NCBI RefSeq assembly: GCF_001194135.2
Contig: NC_068986.1
Location: 70,028,011 to 70,061,897, forward strand
Reading direction: 5' to 3'
DNA from: Octopus bimaculoides
Taxonomy: Eukaryota
DNA: 33,887 nucleotides
The translations under genes were made by a program, and so were the position numbers. Shown here piece after piece: positions 12,571 to 25,229 of the stretch. The notes under the pieces are model-generated. The model did not search any database and was not told the origin of the DNA. It saw only the letters and a list, made by a program, of their open reading frames with translations. The first letter of the stretch is position 1. Each line of letters begins with the position of its first letter.

Positions 12571-13333
12571 ACTTTTAGTAATCTACATCTTTTATTTTCT
12601 CCGCCGAAAATTTTTGATATTATCTACCCCTGCATTGAATTTTGTGAACATTTAATCATTTAAACATGTTTTCTACTTCGTAATTTTAAATCCTATTAAA
12701 ATCTCATTGTTTTATATACGTTTATACCATTGATAAACAAGGGATTGTTAAAGCTAGTTCGGTATATATGTAAATAAATTTATTTAAAAACAATTACCAG
12801 TTTTTCAAATTCAGGTGCATTTTCAAAGGCATATTCTCCTATATTTTTTTCCTGCGTGGAAAAACACCCCTTCTTTCTATAAATATATGCACACACACAC
12901 ATACGCATATACTTACTTACATATATAGATATATATGTGTGAATGTGCGTGCGTGAGTGTGTGTGCGTGTGAAAAGTCAGCCATACGACTGAAGAGACAA
13001 AAATATTAGGAAAGAATGTAATGTGAGTTACATAATACAAAACAAGAAGTGTATATTCCATCGTGAAAATTTATTGTCTTTACATCGATGCCACTGTTTG
13101 GTCAATAAGATGCAATAACGGAGAAGAAGATATGTTTGAAAGAGGTCAATAAGTTACGTTTTAGCCTTTGACAGATTTATAACTTTTTTTCACGCTTTTC
13201 TAATCAAATATTCATAATTTCTATTTTCCTTTAACAAGTAGGACCTGGTGTTACGGAACAGTGGCGTCAATACAAGGATAGTAAATCTACAAATATATAG
13301 AGAGAAAGTTACAGTGAAAGATTAAATTATGTC

Positions 13334-13369
<36 letters not shown>

Positions 13370-13576
13370 TGTATGTATGTATATATTATACACACACACA
13401 CCCATGCACACAGAAACACAGAAACACACACACATATACATGTGTGTGTGTGTATGTGTGTGGTAGATAAAATGGATTTAGGATACTTTTAGTTCATCTA
13501 AGCGAAATATAACTACTGACTATACTCAACGAATATACATACCGCTGGTGGTATGTGTTTATGTGTATATGAAATA

Positions 13577-13815
13577 TTAGGTTGGCAACTAAGTTCCCGA
13601 CGTTTTTTTTATTCTATTTAAATTTTATAAAAGGTTTAATAAAAGATAACAACTTATTAATCAATAATGTATTCACTCTTGTTGTTTACAACTTCTTCCC
13701 AACGTTCAAAAAGATTTTCAATACCTCGTTGGTAGAAATCACCTGATTTCGACTCGAAAAGTTGATCCAACCAAGCTGTTAATTCTGTATGTACCTTCAG
13801 TCATCTTAAACATAT
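13577..13815 (-). mobile_element. Mariner transposon 3' end (TIR plus transposase C-terminus), 5'-truncated
   Basis: TA|TTAGGTTGGCAACTAAGTTCCCG is a mariner TIR. Minus strand reads ELTAWLDQLFESKSGDFYQRGIENLFERWEEVVNNKSEYIID* (stop at 13657-13659), a typical mariner transposase C-terminus. Confidence 0.93.
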
Positions 13816-13899
13816 AACCTAAAGATAATATAGAATATTTGTCACAATTTAACTCTCAGAATTTGTAAACGTTTCGAGTACTGTAAACAGTCATCAATC

Positions 13900-13983
13900 A
13901 CTGGTGTGGTAAGTAGTGTGCTTCGTTTCAGGTTCAGTCTAACTGCGTGACACCTTGAGCAAATGCCTTCTACTATAGCCCCA
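13900..13983 (+). mobile_element. SINE family B head running into gap
   Basis: GTGTGGTAAGTAG..GGTTCAGTC..GTGACACCTTGAGCAAATGCCTTCTACTATAGCC. Confidence 0.88.
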
Positions 13984-14635
13984 NNNNNNNNNNNNNNNNN
14001 NNNNNNNNNNNNNNNNNNNNNNNNNNNNNNNNNNNNNNNNNNNNNNNNNNNNNNNNNNNNNNNNNNNNNNNNNNNNNNNNNNNNNNNNNNNNNNNNNNNN
14101 NNNNNNNNNNNNNNNNNNNNNNNNNNNNNNNNNNNNNNNNNNNNNNNNNNNNNNNNNNNNNNNNNNNNNNNNNNNNNNNNNNNNNNNNNNNNNNNNNNNN
14201 NNNNNNNNNNNNNNNNNNNNNNNNNNNNNNNNNNNNNNNNNNNNNNNNNNNNNNNNNNNNNNNNNNNNNNNNNNNNNNNNNNNNNNNNNNNNNNNNNNNN
14301 NNNNNNNNNNNNNNNNNNNNNNNNNNNNNNNNNNNNNNNNNNNNNNNNNNNNNNNNNNNNNNNNNNNNNNNNNNNNNNNNNNNNNNNNNNNNNNNNNNNN
14401 NNNNNNNNNNNNNNNNNNNNNNNNNNNNNNNNNNNNNNNNNNNNNNNNNNNNNNNNNNNNGAAGCGATCAATTTCTTTATCAACAAGAAATGTTTTAGAA
14501 ATAGAAATAGAAATATTTTCAGGTTACTCTGTCAAGACCATATGGGTTGCTCCGCTAAAATACATGCCAGTAGTTACATAGTAAATAGATACACATAAAC
14601 TTAGGCAAAACAATTTTGATTAATTTAGACTTATT

Positions 14636-14643
14636 CTCTCTCT

Positions 14644-14683
<40 letters not shown>

Positions 14684-14684
14684 G

Positions 14685-14720
<36 letters not shown>

Positions 14721-14842
14721 AGCTCTCTCCCTCTCAAGCCCTCTCCGTCAAGCTCTATCTCTCTCAGTGAGTGTATATGAGTGTGTGTGGGTACGTGTGT
14801 GTGTGTGTGTGTGTGCGTACATGTATGTGTGCGTGCGTTTGC

Positions 14843-14923
<81 letters not shown>

Positions 14924-14975
14924 TGCGTGGTGTGTGTGCGTTTGCATGTGTATGTGCGTGCGCGTGCGTGTGTAC
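14636..14975. repeat. (CT)n followed by (GT)n microsatellite block
   Basis: Direct reading. Confidence 0.97.
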
Positions 14976-15026
14976 AGAAATGTTATATACAGTAACAGAT
15001 GTACCTAAATATTAAATATTGCTCAC

Positions 15027-15180
15027 AGGTGCAAACGTGGCTCTGTATGGTTTAGAAGCTAGCTTTGGAACGACATGGCTTCGAGGTCAATACCAATGCT
15101 CAGCAATTGTTTTCTGCTATATGCCGAGCCGACTAATGCCTTGTTAGCGAAAAATATGTGTAACCCAACCCGCCGTGGGT
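15027..15180 (+). mobile_element. Old, diverged SINE family B head
   Basis: AGGTGCAAACGTGGCTCTGTATGGTTTAGAAGC..GCCGACTAATGCCTTGT..CCCGCCGTGG aligns loosely to 5963-6125. Confidence 0.75.
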
Positions 15181-16099
15181 ATATATATATATATATAACG
15201 TGAGAGAGTTAGGGATTGGGGGTTCAACCCACTAAGGGATAGTATCTATCCATTATACTGCTGGGAGGGTACCCAATTATTGCTACACTAGTGCTATACT
15301 AAGTGCAATCAATGGGAGCGAATTGTTATATATATATATATATANNNNNNNNNNNNNNNNNNNNNNNNNNNNNNNNNNNNNNNNNNNNNNNNNNNNNNNN
15401 NNNNNNNNNNNNNNNNNNNNNNNNNNNNNNNNNNNNNNNNNNNNNNNNNNNNNNNNNNNNNNNNNNNNNNNNNNNNNNNNNNNNNNNNNNNNNNNNNNNN
15501 NNNNNNNNNNNNNNNNNNNNNNNNNNNNNNNNNNNNNNNNNNNNNNNNNNNNNNNNNNNNNNNNNNNNNNNNNNNNNNNNNNNNNNNNNNNNNNNNNNNN
15601 NNNNNNNNNNNNNNNNNNNNNNNNNNNNNNNNNNNNNNNNNNNNNNNNNNNNNNNNNNNNNNNNNNNNNNNNNNNNNNNNNNNNNNNNNNNNNNNNNNNN
15701 NNNNNNNNNNNNNNNNNNNNNNNNNNNNNNNNNNNNNNNNNNNNNNNNNNNNNNNNNNNNNNNNNNNNNNNNNNNNNNNNNNNNNNNNNTATATTTCAAG
15801 CGAAGACACAGTCACTGATTTTGCAACAAGCAAAAATGCTTGTTCTAAAACCTCTCTAAAAGAATTGCAGTAGAGTCCGCTCGAACGGACAGCCATGTTA
15901 AAGTGGCTACGAATATTACTTTATTTCATAAATATTTGCCATAAAGGCATTACGAAGAGGGAACGAACAAGGACAGACAAACATAAAAGGGGTGAAGTAG
16001 CTGTATCAATTAAATATTTACAATTTTAAATATACAATAAAAATTGGATTATATATACAATGTTCGATTGAAGCATTTCTCATTACAGATTCAATTTGT

Positions 16100-16600
16100 A
16101 ATGGCTTTCCTGAAGGATAGGCATCCATCCGACCACCAGGGTAGACCCCTTGCTTTTTCTTTCCCTTACCTGGTGCCAAACACTCCCAGCTTCCTTGCCA
16201 CAGCCTCCCATCTTCTCATGAATCTGTCTCGTGACAGATACCTCTTCTCCAAATGCAACTACTGCGTTAATTTCATAGAGAGATTTTTTAAATGTAAAAC
16301 TCTTTGAACGTAAATAACACCTCATACTCAAGTACTCTATTTTCCCTGTCTTTCTCAAGATATCTCTATATTTTCTCACTATTTACTTGCTCACGACCAA
16401 AAAATCACATCACACTACCTTTTCTCTCTCTCCCTCACTCTGCGACGAAGAGTAATGTCCTCGTATTTTACCATACCTGCCAGTCAATTCAGCGTCAACA
16501 ACTGGGTCAGTCAGTTCGGCGTCGATTATCCTCTGAAGCTTGTTTTACTGTTTCATATCCTGATCATTTTTATGACATGTAAGCGTGCGACCAGTTCTAA
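16100..16600 (-). mobile_element. L1/Tx1-like LINE ORF2 3' end remnant
   Basis: Minus strand gives ETVKQA (a decayed ETVxHA C-terminal zinc-finger context) and LEKRYLSRDRFMRRWEAVARKLGVFGTR*, resembling Tx1 ORF2 termini. Confidence 0.6.
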
Positions 16601-16623
16601 AAGATCGCTATCTACGCTTCAAA

Positions 16624-16748
16624 CTTATCTATCTATCTATCTATCTACCTACCTATCTATCTATCTATCTATCTGTCTGTCTGTCTGTCTTTCTATCCTA
16701 TATATCTATCTATATACATTCCTACATGCCTATCAAAGTATTGATTAG

Positions 16749-16792
<44 letters not shown>

Positions 16793-16819
16793 ACACACAC
16801 ACACACAAANNNNNNNNNN

Positions 16820-16850
<31 letters not shown>
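16624..16850. repeat. (ATCT)n/(GTCT)n, (AC)n and (AT)n microsatellite cluster around a 10-N gap
   Basis: Direct reading. Confidence 0.95.
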
Positions 16851-16853
<3 letters not shown>

Positions 16854-17058
16854 GCACTCACGCGTAAACATACCTATACATCTATATATACCTGTACGTC
16901 TGTCTGTATGTATGTATGTATGCATGCATGTATGTGTGTGTTCGTGTATGTGTGCGACGCAAGTACATGCCTCAGTGAACCATTTAGCGTAGCAGGTTGA
17001 GCTTATGTGTCATGAGATGCAATGAATATTGAAGTAGTATTCTTAATATTACGTGCTT

Positions 17059-17280
17059 TGAAGGCAGCGAGCTGGCAGAATCACTGACGCGCAAAACAAA
17101 CTGCTTAGCAGCATCTCTTCGGGTTTTACGCTCTGAGTTCAAGTTCCATCGAAGTCGACTTTACCTTCTATCCTTTTGGAGTCGATAAAGTAAAGTGCCA
17201 GACAAGGACGTGGGTCGATGAAATGGATTTGCGCCTCTTCTAAGAGAGCTGGCTTTCTTCGAAAATTTGTAACTAATACT
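17059..17280 (+). mobile_element. SINE family A, older copy (first of a tandem pair)
   Basis: GAAGGCAGCGAGCTGGCAGAATC head, GAGTTCAAGTTCC B box and central block. Confidence 0.9.
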
Positions 17281-17289
17281 AAAAGTTTT

Positions 17290-17495
17290 GAAGGCGGCGA
17301 GCCGGCACAATCGTTAGCACGCCGGGCAAAATGTTTGGCGGCGTTTCGTCCGTCTTCACGTTCTGAGTTCAAATTTCGCCGAGGTTGATTCTGTCTTTCA
17401 TCTTTTTGGGATCGATAAAATAAGTACTGAGGTCGATGTAATCGACTTACCTCTACCAGGAAATTGCTGCCCTTGTGCCAAAATTGGAAACTAAT
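17290..17495 (+). mobile_element. SINE family A, second copy of the tandem pair
   Basis: GAAGGCGGCGAGCCGGCACAATCGTTAG head through the CCTTGTGCCAAAATTGGAAAC tail. Confidence 0.93.
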
Positions 17496-20400
17496 ATTAC
17501 GTGTTTCGGTTTATTTTTTTAGAAAAACAAAAAGGAACATAAAGTATATTGACCTATTTGTGAAGATGTTGAATTTGTTACACTGCTTAAATCATTAATA
17601 TGAAAACAATATGAGTATATTCATAATAGCCGTAATTCTTGGTGCAATATATTAGTATCGAAAATTGTGAAGTTAGGGTATATTAAGCATTTCAATTAAA
17701 TTAGTCGAGTGGATCAGTCAAAACACTTAATAGGTATGTAATGTGTCGTAAAAAGCAATGCACAGGCGTGGTTACTGAAGGTAAGAGAGAGTCATTAGGA
17801 AATAATTGGAAAAAAATATATGTAGCTGTAGTTGTTTATTGGTAATGTTAGCTGAGGCAGCATAGCAACAACAACATTAACACTGTACTGGATGACCCTA
17901 ATTGTTAGTGCAAACTCTAATTACACGCCATATCTCGATAAGCTAAGTAGATAACAAAAATCTAAGAACGTAATTGAAACCTTTTAAAGCTATTTCATAT
18001 CGTTATATCTCCTGATCTGTATCTTTTCTGTTTTTCTTTTTATCTTTTTTACTAACTTTTATGATTTTCTTTCATACGGCTCTCTAAACTTACCCCATGA
18101 GTATCGCCAAGATGAACTTAGTATCCTCAGTTTTAATTGCTACTTCCTCTGAGTGACATCTTGTAGTCTAAAGAGGCATCTTTTACCTATCCTACTGTGA
18201 CATTATTCAACGCATGGAACTTTTGTGCTAAAATTGTATTAGAATCACCATGATCTAGAATGTCATTTGAAAGCCTTATTAGGATATGTTTCGTTATGTA
18301 GAAATTAAAACATTCTGAGACGGTATTTTCATAATTGGCAGTGAGTATCAGAGTAGATCATAACATACCAATGCATCGAATATTAAAAGCGTAGAGTATA
18401 ATATGCGATGAGAAAAATCAATACCTGATGACTAATATTCTTTTTCGGGCGTTTTTTTCTTTTAGTTTTTGAAAGTACGGGAGACAACTCTGGTAGTGTT
18501 TCTAATTTACGTTCGTGATATTAGTAATGTAGAGCCGCGCCGTAACATGCGAAGTGTTAGTACAATAAACATTCACAATAAATAGCTATTCGAAATATGT
18601 ACTTAATGCATAGGTCGAACATTAAAAAACTGAAGTAAGGTTTTTAGGTGCTGTTTATTAACTATGCTGTCACCCATATATATATATACATATTTGTTAA
18701 TATCTCTAACACCTTTACCCACAGTTGGCTTGATCAAGGCTCATATTCACGCGGCAAAAATGCTATTGAAATGAATATTCTGTAATGAATTTGTATAGAT
18801 CTCGTACTGTATTATATACATAATTACTTGTGCTGTATGACATGGTTGTCTGTGCGATTGTATAGAGACAGTTTCATTGGCACAATCTGAATCCAATTCC
18901 TGTATTTATTGCATCTGTATCTAGCCACATATAAATCATTCCACGTTTACTGTTGTAAAACATAATTATTACACGTTTCTATTTCTCCAGTCTCTTCGAA
19001 TATAGCCTGTTATATCTAGTCACAATAATGACTATCGCCGTTAGCTTTAATGTTTCATTGTGAAGTGTCTAACAGTACTTCAACAAAACAGACTATCATT
19101 GTCTTTCAGATTGTACAGACTATTATTGATTTGTTGTTTGATAAAGAAGAAGACACTCAAAAAATGACATCAACACTAATAAAATGGAAAAATTAATAAT
19201 TGTTAATTACAAAAGGGATTTATTAATGTCTTTTTCTCTGAAACTGCGAGTCAACATACTCCGATGTTTTCTCTCTTTAACATTTCTACCACAAATACAG
19301 TGGCACCCGCAATTCAGACCTGGTTAATATTTTCTCACTTCCACTCATTCACCTTTCTTCCTTGCGTCCGCATTAGCCATTAATCTTAGCCGATCGCCCT
19401 TCCTTGCACATATATTTCCTGGAGCCGTCGACTGCAATTTTTCAAGGGAAACGCTAATCTCGTCGCTATCATCAATCTGAAAAGACCTGTAGATCAAACC
19501 AATAATAAAATGGTATAACCAAAGATAATGATCACAAGAAAGGCATGAAGAATAGAAATTAAATTTATATTTCCTTAAAGATATTTGTGCAGAAACAAAA
19601 ACAAAGATAATGGAAAATTGAATAAGCTACAGTTTTTTTTTTTTTTTTTCCAGTGAAGGTCTTATGTATAGGAGATAAATCATTGATAAAAATTATCTAT
19701 ACAATAGCGAATCATAGATTTTCTTTATTCACTACGAAAACTAGTAGACCAGTTTACCTAAATTTCCCTTGATATGCATTTGAACAGTAAAGCAAACTTG
19801 ATTATACCATCGATTCATAGTGATCACATATATAATATCGTTGCTTGTCGGTTTTGAAATATTATATTCTTTGTATTTTAACAGCAAATAATCAATTTGC
19901 TTCTCTCTAATGTCGGATGCAGAGCAAATTGTGGCACTTATTGATGAAAAAATCGTGTCCACTCCAGTCATGAACAACGCACAACGAGAATCTTTAAGGT
20001 CTCTATAAATATTAGCTCTCACCATTGCTGATATTCTCTCCTGACAACCTCTCATACCCAACAAAGCAAATACTGAAATTCCACTTCGGGACAAGAAAAT
20101 ATTTCAGCTCCCAACAAGCTTCTAGCCATTTAAAAACTTAAATGAGGTATTCTCAAACAGCTTTGTTGCTGTACTGCGCATACAGATATCCTTGATGTTA
20201 TGTCGTCCAAAAGAGTTCACACCACTGACAAGCATATTGTTGTGCATCAACTCACTACATTGTCTCCTCTGACTCTTCAACTACCATGGTGTCTACTGGA
20301 CTGGTTGAGTTTATGCTACTTTACACTCAGACACAATTCACTTTTCTCTCGCCATCTCAGCCCTCATTATGTCTCCACAAAATATATTCACAACACTTCT

Positions 20401-20699
20401 TTCCAAGAAGGTCATTGCACTGGATTTCCTTCCTTGCCCAAGTATTCCTTGCCTCGAACTGTCAACTTCTTGTAATTAATCACAGAGAACACCAACGTGT
20501 CTGGAAACCTGCAAAGCCGTAGGGACGGCCACTTCCCCAAGACCCAACCATTTTCTGTTTTTAATGTAATACAGACAATTTATCAGATATGCAAGCGGAT
20601 AGGAAAATAATATAAACATGTGAGAGCAATATTTTTGGGGTACATTAGCACTTTAAATATATTTACCGTTCAGTCTTATTTTTCCCACATAACTATAAA

Positions 20700-20900
20700 C
20701 GAAGGCAAGTTGCTTTTTTCTTTATCATAGCCTCGGGTGGTGAAACTTGTAGACAGAAACTGCTTAGAAGCCCGTGGAAAGAATTAATTGAAATTGCTAT
20801 TCAAAGAACTAGTCTTGTCGCATGGTGTGTCATATTGAGTCGGCCCGAGACTTACGTTAAGAGACATGTGTCTGCCAAGTACTCAGTCATCTACTTATTA
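20700..20900 (+). mobile_element. Diverged SINE fragments (family B-like middle plus family C-like body)
   Basis: ATAGCCTCGGG..GTAGACAGAAACTG resembles family B; TGTGTCATATTGAG..CGTTAAGAGACATGTGTCTG..ACTCAG resembles the reverse complement of 28600-28700. Confidence 0.65.
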
Positions 20901-21254
20901 GTCTAACACGAAGTTATTTTAAACAATTGAAAGAGGGATCGGTCATCATCATCATCATCACTGACCACTACAAACGGAAAATCAAATATAAGTTCAAATA
21001 TTGAGATTTTTGACGGAGCGCAATATTTGGGGTTCCTTGAAGCTGTCATGATCAAATTGGTAATATGAAAGTCAGTATTTATTATCGAATAGAAACATAA
21101 AAGCTTTCATGCTCAAAGACAAATTCGAAAGAAAAACAGTTTTTAAGAAAATATGTATTGAAGTCCGTTAATTTATAGAATTTAGTATGTTGTCGGGAGA
21201 CGAGAATTTTGGCGCTTTGATGAAGTTTTTCATCGAAGAGAGAAAAGTTTATAG

Positions 21255-21600
21255 ACGTATGCGGTTTAGAAGCTCACGTTGTTTTGGGTTCGATTCCACC
21301 GCACGGAATCTCGAACAAGATAGACGAAATTTGTGCGGAAGTCCTCAGTGTGTGTGTGGGTATGTGTGTGTGTGCGTGTACGTGTGCGTGTGTGTTTATT
21401 TGTATCTGTCTGTGATTTTATATACCGGTGTAAGCGGTGGATAGAGTTACACTCCCCTCTGTGCTTAATCAAACATTCGATAAACAGATGTCGACAAAAT
21501 AAGAGAATGAAATAAGTACTGCAGTTGAGGAAAAGGTCTTAAGACAGTAACTCAACGACGGCCACAATTCAATGAGTAAACCCAGTAAAGGAGTAAAATA
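21255..21600 (+). mobile_element. Highly diverged SINE family B with internal (GT)n
   Basis: GGGTTCGATTCC B box-like head, (GT)n spacer, and AATAAGTACT..GGCCACAATTCAATGA..AGTAAAGG tail. Confidence 0.6.
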
Positions 21601-21728
21601 GTATATTTGATTTTCAATCCTAGTTTACCTCAAACAAAAAATAGATACAGGATTTTTACATTTGATTGTCACATTTATTTAACTAACTTTTCAAGTAAAA
21701 TTTGAGTATTTCACAACCTTATGTTTAT

Positions 21729-22407
21729 CTTTTATTTGTTTCGGTTATCAGACTGCGGCCGTGCTGGGGCACCGCCTTCAGGAATTTTTGGTCAAATGAA
21801 TTGACCCTAGTACCAACTTTACTACTATTTTACGCCTGGTACGCATGCTATCGGACCCTTATGCCGAACCGCAAAGTTACGGAGACGTAAGCACGCTAGC
21901 ACTGGTTGCGAAATGGGGAGTGGGTACAAACACTGACACACACACACACACACACAAACACATACATACACACACAAACACCCACACACACAAACACATA
22001 CATGCACACACAAACACATACAAACACACACACACACAAACACAGACATACACACAAACACACACAAACACACATACAAGTACACACACACACAAACACA
22101 TACATACACACAAACACACACACACAAACACCCATACAAGCACACACACACACAAACACATACATACACACACAAACACACATACAAAGACACACAAACA
22201 CACACATACACACACACATTAGAGCATAAAGTACAATTGTAAAGTATTGTACTTCACACTCTAAGTAGTCAAGAAATAAACTGGAACATCGGATGGAAGC
22301 TAAAGGAAGATTAACAAAAAACGCACCATCAGAAGGAACCAGCTTTCGTTCTTCACTCAGAGAAATTCGGTATCTGCCTGGATATTATATCCTTCCTCTT
22401 ACTGTAT

Positions 22408-22444
<37 letters not shown>

Positions 22445-22446
22445 CT

Positions 22447-22480
<34 letters not shown>

Positions 22481-22618
22481 CGACGGGCTTCTTTCAGCTT
22501 CCGTTTACCAAATCCACTCACAAGGCTTTGGTCCACCCTAGGCTATAGTAGAAGACACTCGCCCAAGGTGCCAGTGGTTGGGAAGCATGCTTCTTACCAC
22601 ACAGCCACGACTCCGCCT
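21729..22618 (-). mobile_element. SINE family B split by expanded microsatellites and an inserted fragment
   Basis: Head at 22481-22618 and tail at 21729-21935, in the same orientation and collinear. They are separated by (AC)n arrays and a unique stretch at 22219-22405. Confidence 0.85.
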
Positions 22619-25009
22619 ATGTTGACTTATCATGGTCAACATGACTATAAGAAGTCTTATAGGAGAAATAACCGCTAGTTATTAAACCATGAAAATATAA
22701 AAGATTATGTATTTCGTTATAACTACAGAAAAATTAACAAAAATAATTTAAATTTACAGATCTAACCATCCTGCACTAAACAAGTCACTCATGTTCTAAT
22801 ATCAAACGACTTGACAATTTCACTTCATTAATCCGATGTTGTCGAAACCATTCCATCGTCACTCAATCGTACTCAGTACTCTTACCATATTTCATTGTAA
22901 TAACTGGTGATAACAGGTATATTTGAACTGGTAGTAAATAACCTAGTATTTATACACACCACTGCTTAGTGCTGCCACCCTGTAATTTGTTTGCAGTGAG
23001 CCGCCGCTTAACACTATAAAACACTTTACAATGATAGGAATACCCCTATTATCAGCTTGCAGTGCGCACTGTCCGGTTGCTGTGACTGGAAAGGAGATAA
23101 CTACTCCAAAATGCTTGTCTCTTACAGTTTGTGTAGGTCTCGTTGCGAGATGGTTTTGGTGTATTTACACTATTTATCTACAGCGAGAAATTTTCTTCAT
23201 GACAAACCCCAGTGAATGGCATTCTTACGAGTTCGAATATGCCCCAAGCATATTTTAACTGGTAATAACCTTGTATGTATTTTTAATGGTTATCTGCTTC
23301 TAGAACCACTGTCTCATTAGAATTTCAATACTTTTTCCATTTGTTTCTGCATATGATTAACAATTAATGAACTGAAACACTATGGTCTTTTTTTTTTTAT
23401 CTTTCGAGTTGAAGTGGATTGTGTTTACATTTGACACGACTAGTAACACATCTCTCTCAAGCGTTATAGCAAGGGTTACACTTAAGTAAAACAAGATAAG
23501 AACCTCACAAAATGGAGGTGTTATTACACGCAACTGTATTGTGAACAGTCTAAAGTAGTGCGCCGAGGCTTAAGGCTATGGAGGAGGTACCTTAAGATTC
23601 TACCCCACGACCCTCCCCGGAATAGTGGGTGGAGAAGATGGATGGATGGATGGATATATTAACGCTTCTCATAAATATAACAAGATGTTACTCCTCATTA
23701 TCAACCGAAAAAACTGAGGGTGCAGATTAACCGTGATATGAAGAGGAAATTAATTCGAGGTAAAAATAAGCTATTTCCAGTCATCAAGATGAGAAGGAGA
23801 TAATGACGTCAAAAATGACAGCAAAAGTCCAATTGCTTCGAAGTCAGAGGTGTTACTCGTTGTAGGAGAAAGAAAGCTGTTGATGTAGAAAACTACAAAG
23901 TAAACATTTAGAAGTGGATCTTACCTTGAATACCTGTGAACCTTAACTAAAACGAAAATATTTCTTGCTTAATTACAACCTACAACATAAGAATCAGGGC
24001 GATAAGAACCATCTTAATGAAGTACCACATGCTGCTCATTTTATTTTAAACGCGATGGGAGTAGATGCTATCAAAAATCAAATATACTAGGATAATTTTT
24101 TCCCAAATCGCTCTTCTCTAAATGCATAGCATGTAAAACCATAACTTGACTTTGTTCACAGTTAATCTAGTATAGTTTTGTATACAGTGCTAAATTGCAA
24201 GTAAACTACTTCTCTGTTTGTAACTTAGCACAATAAACTGATGCTTTCAAATACCGCTGAGTGAGCAATTGCTTCGAGCAGTGCAATTTCAGGTATGATA
24301 AAAGACTATTATTTTATTTGAAGACACTTTTGAATCGAAATGTTTAACAGAGAAAGCAAAATGTTTACAGCCAAAATTAGCTAAACTTTTAGCTGTTCTT
24401 GTGTTATGACCATATATGGTTTGTAGGAAATTGAATAGAATTTAAATTTATTTCTTTGGTAATATTTATGCTTACACTGAAATTGGAAGTTGGCTTATGC
24501 CTTAGAATATTTCTGATTCTCTCATTAAGCGTTGAGGATTTAGTACGAGGAATATATAGGATTTTGTCTGAAAAAAAAATCGCAATCGAGTGTTATCTGA
24601 TAATAATAACGAAAAGAAGGCTAATATTAAACACTCCAGCAGAGGACATATATTCGCTAATATTAGAAATGAAACTTCGCAGAATAATGGACACATGATT
24701 AGAATTCTTATTAACTACCATAAAATTTTTTCACATACAAGTTTTTGGTAAGAATTGAATTTATTTATAACTAAGTGTAAAGTAATAAAGAGCTATACTA
24801 AGATTGGTATCAACTATAATTCGTACAACTATTTCTCTGAGTAATTTTATGAGATGTTTTCTGAATCTATAACATTCATAGCCATTCATAGTGTAAGATT
24901 AAGATCTTGTCGCTCACATCAGGAAATTTTTATGTATACAATCTAAAATATAATGCCGATAATTTCGTATAATTTGCAATATATATTATCGGAATTACCA
25001 TAGAAATCC

Positions 25010-25131
25010 ATATATGTATGTATGTACGTATGTATGTATGTATGTATGTATTATGTATGTATTATGTATGTATGCATGTATGTGTGTATGCATGCATGTT
25101 TGCATGTATGTGTGCGTGTATATATATGTAT

Positions 25132-25172
<41 letters not shown>
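25010..25172. repeat. (ATGT)n/(AT)n microsatellite
   Basis: Direct reading. Confidence 0.95.
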
Positions 25173-25175
<3 letters not shown>

Positions 25176-25229
25176 AAGGGAGCAATGAACACAAAAAGAA
25201 AGAAAATAGCTCGGGGGGACATTTTTACA

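Noticed and set aside
19741-20500. 117-aa minus-strand ORF and neighbouring LINE-like sequence
   Set aside because: No recognisable motif that I can defend; may be a very old retroelement, but the evidence is too weak to annotate.
23804-23811. Perfect CRE TGACGTCA (and an AP-1 TGACTCA near 26791)
   Set aside because: Isolated 7-8-mers are expected by chance; no promoter context.
23925-23946. Possible minus-strand microexon (9 or 22 nt) with a CAAG|GTAAGA donor
   Set aside because: Signals this short occur by chance in 34 kb and no partner exons were identified.
24229-24292. Plus-strand exon-like segment ending CAG|GTATGA
   Set aside because: Stops in all frames and a modest acceptor; unsupported without RNA data.
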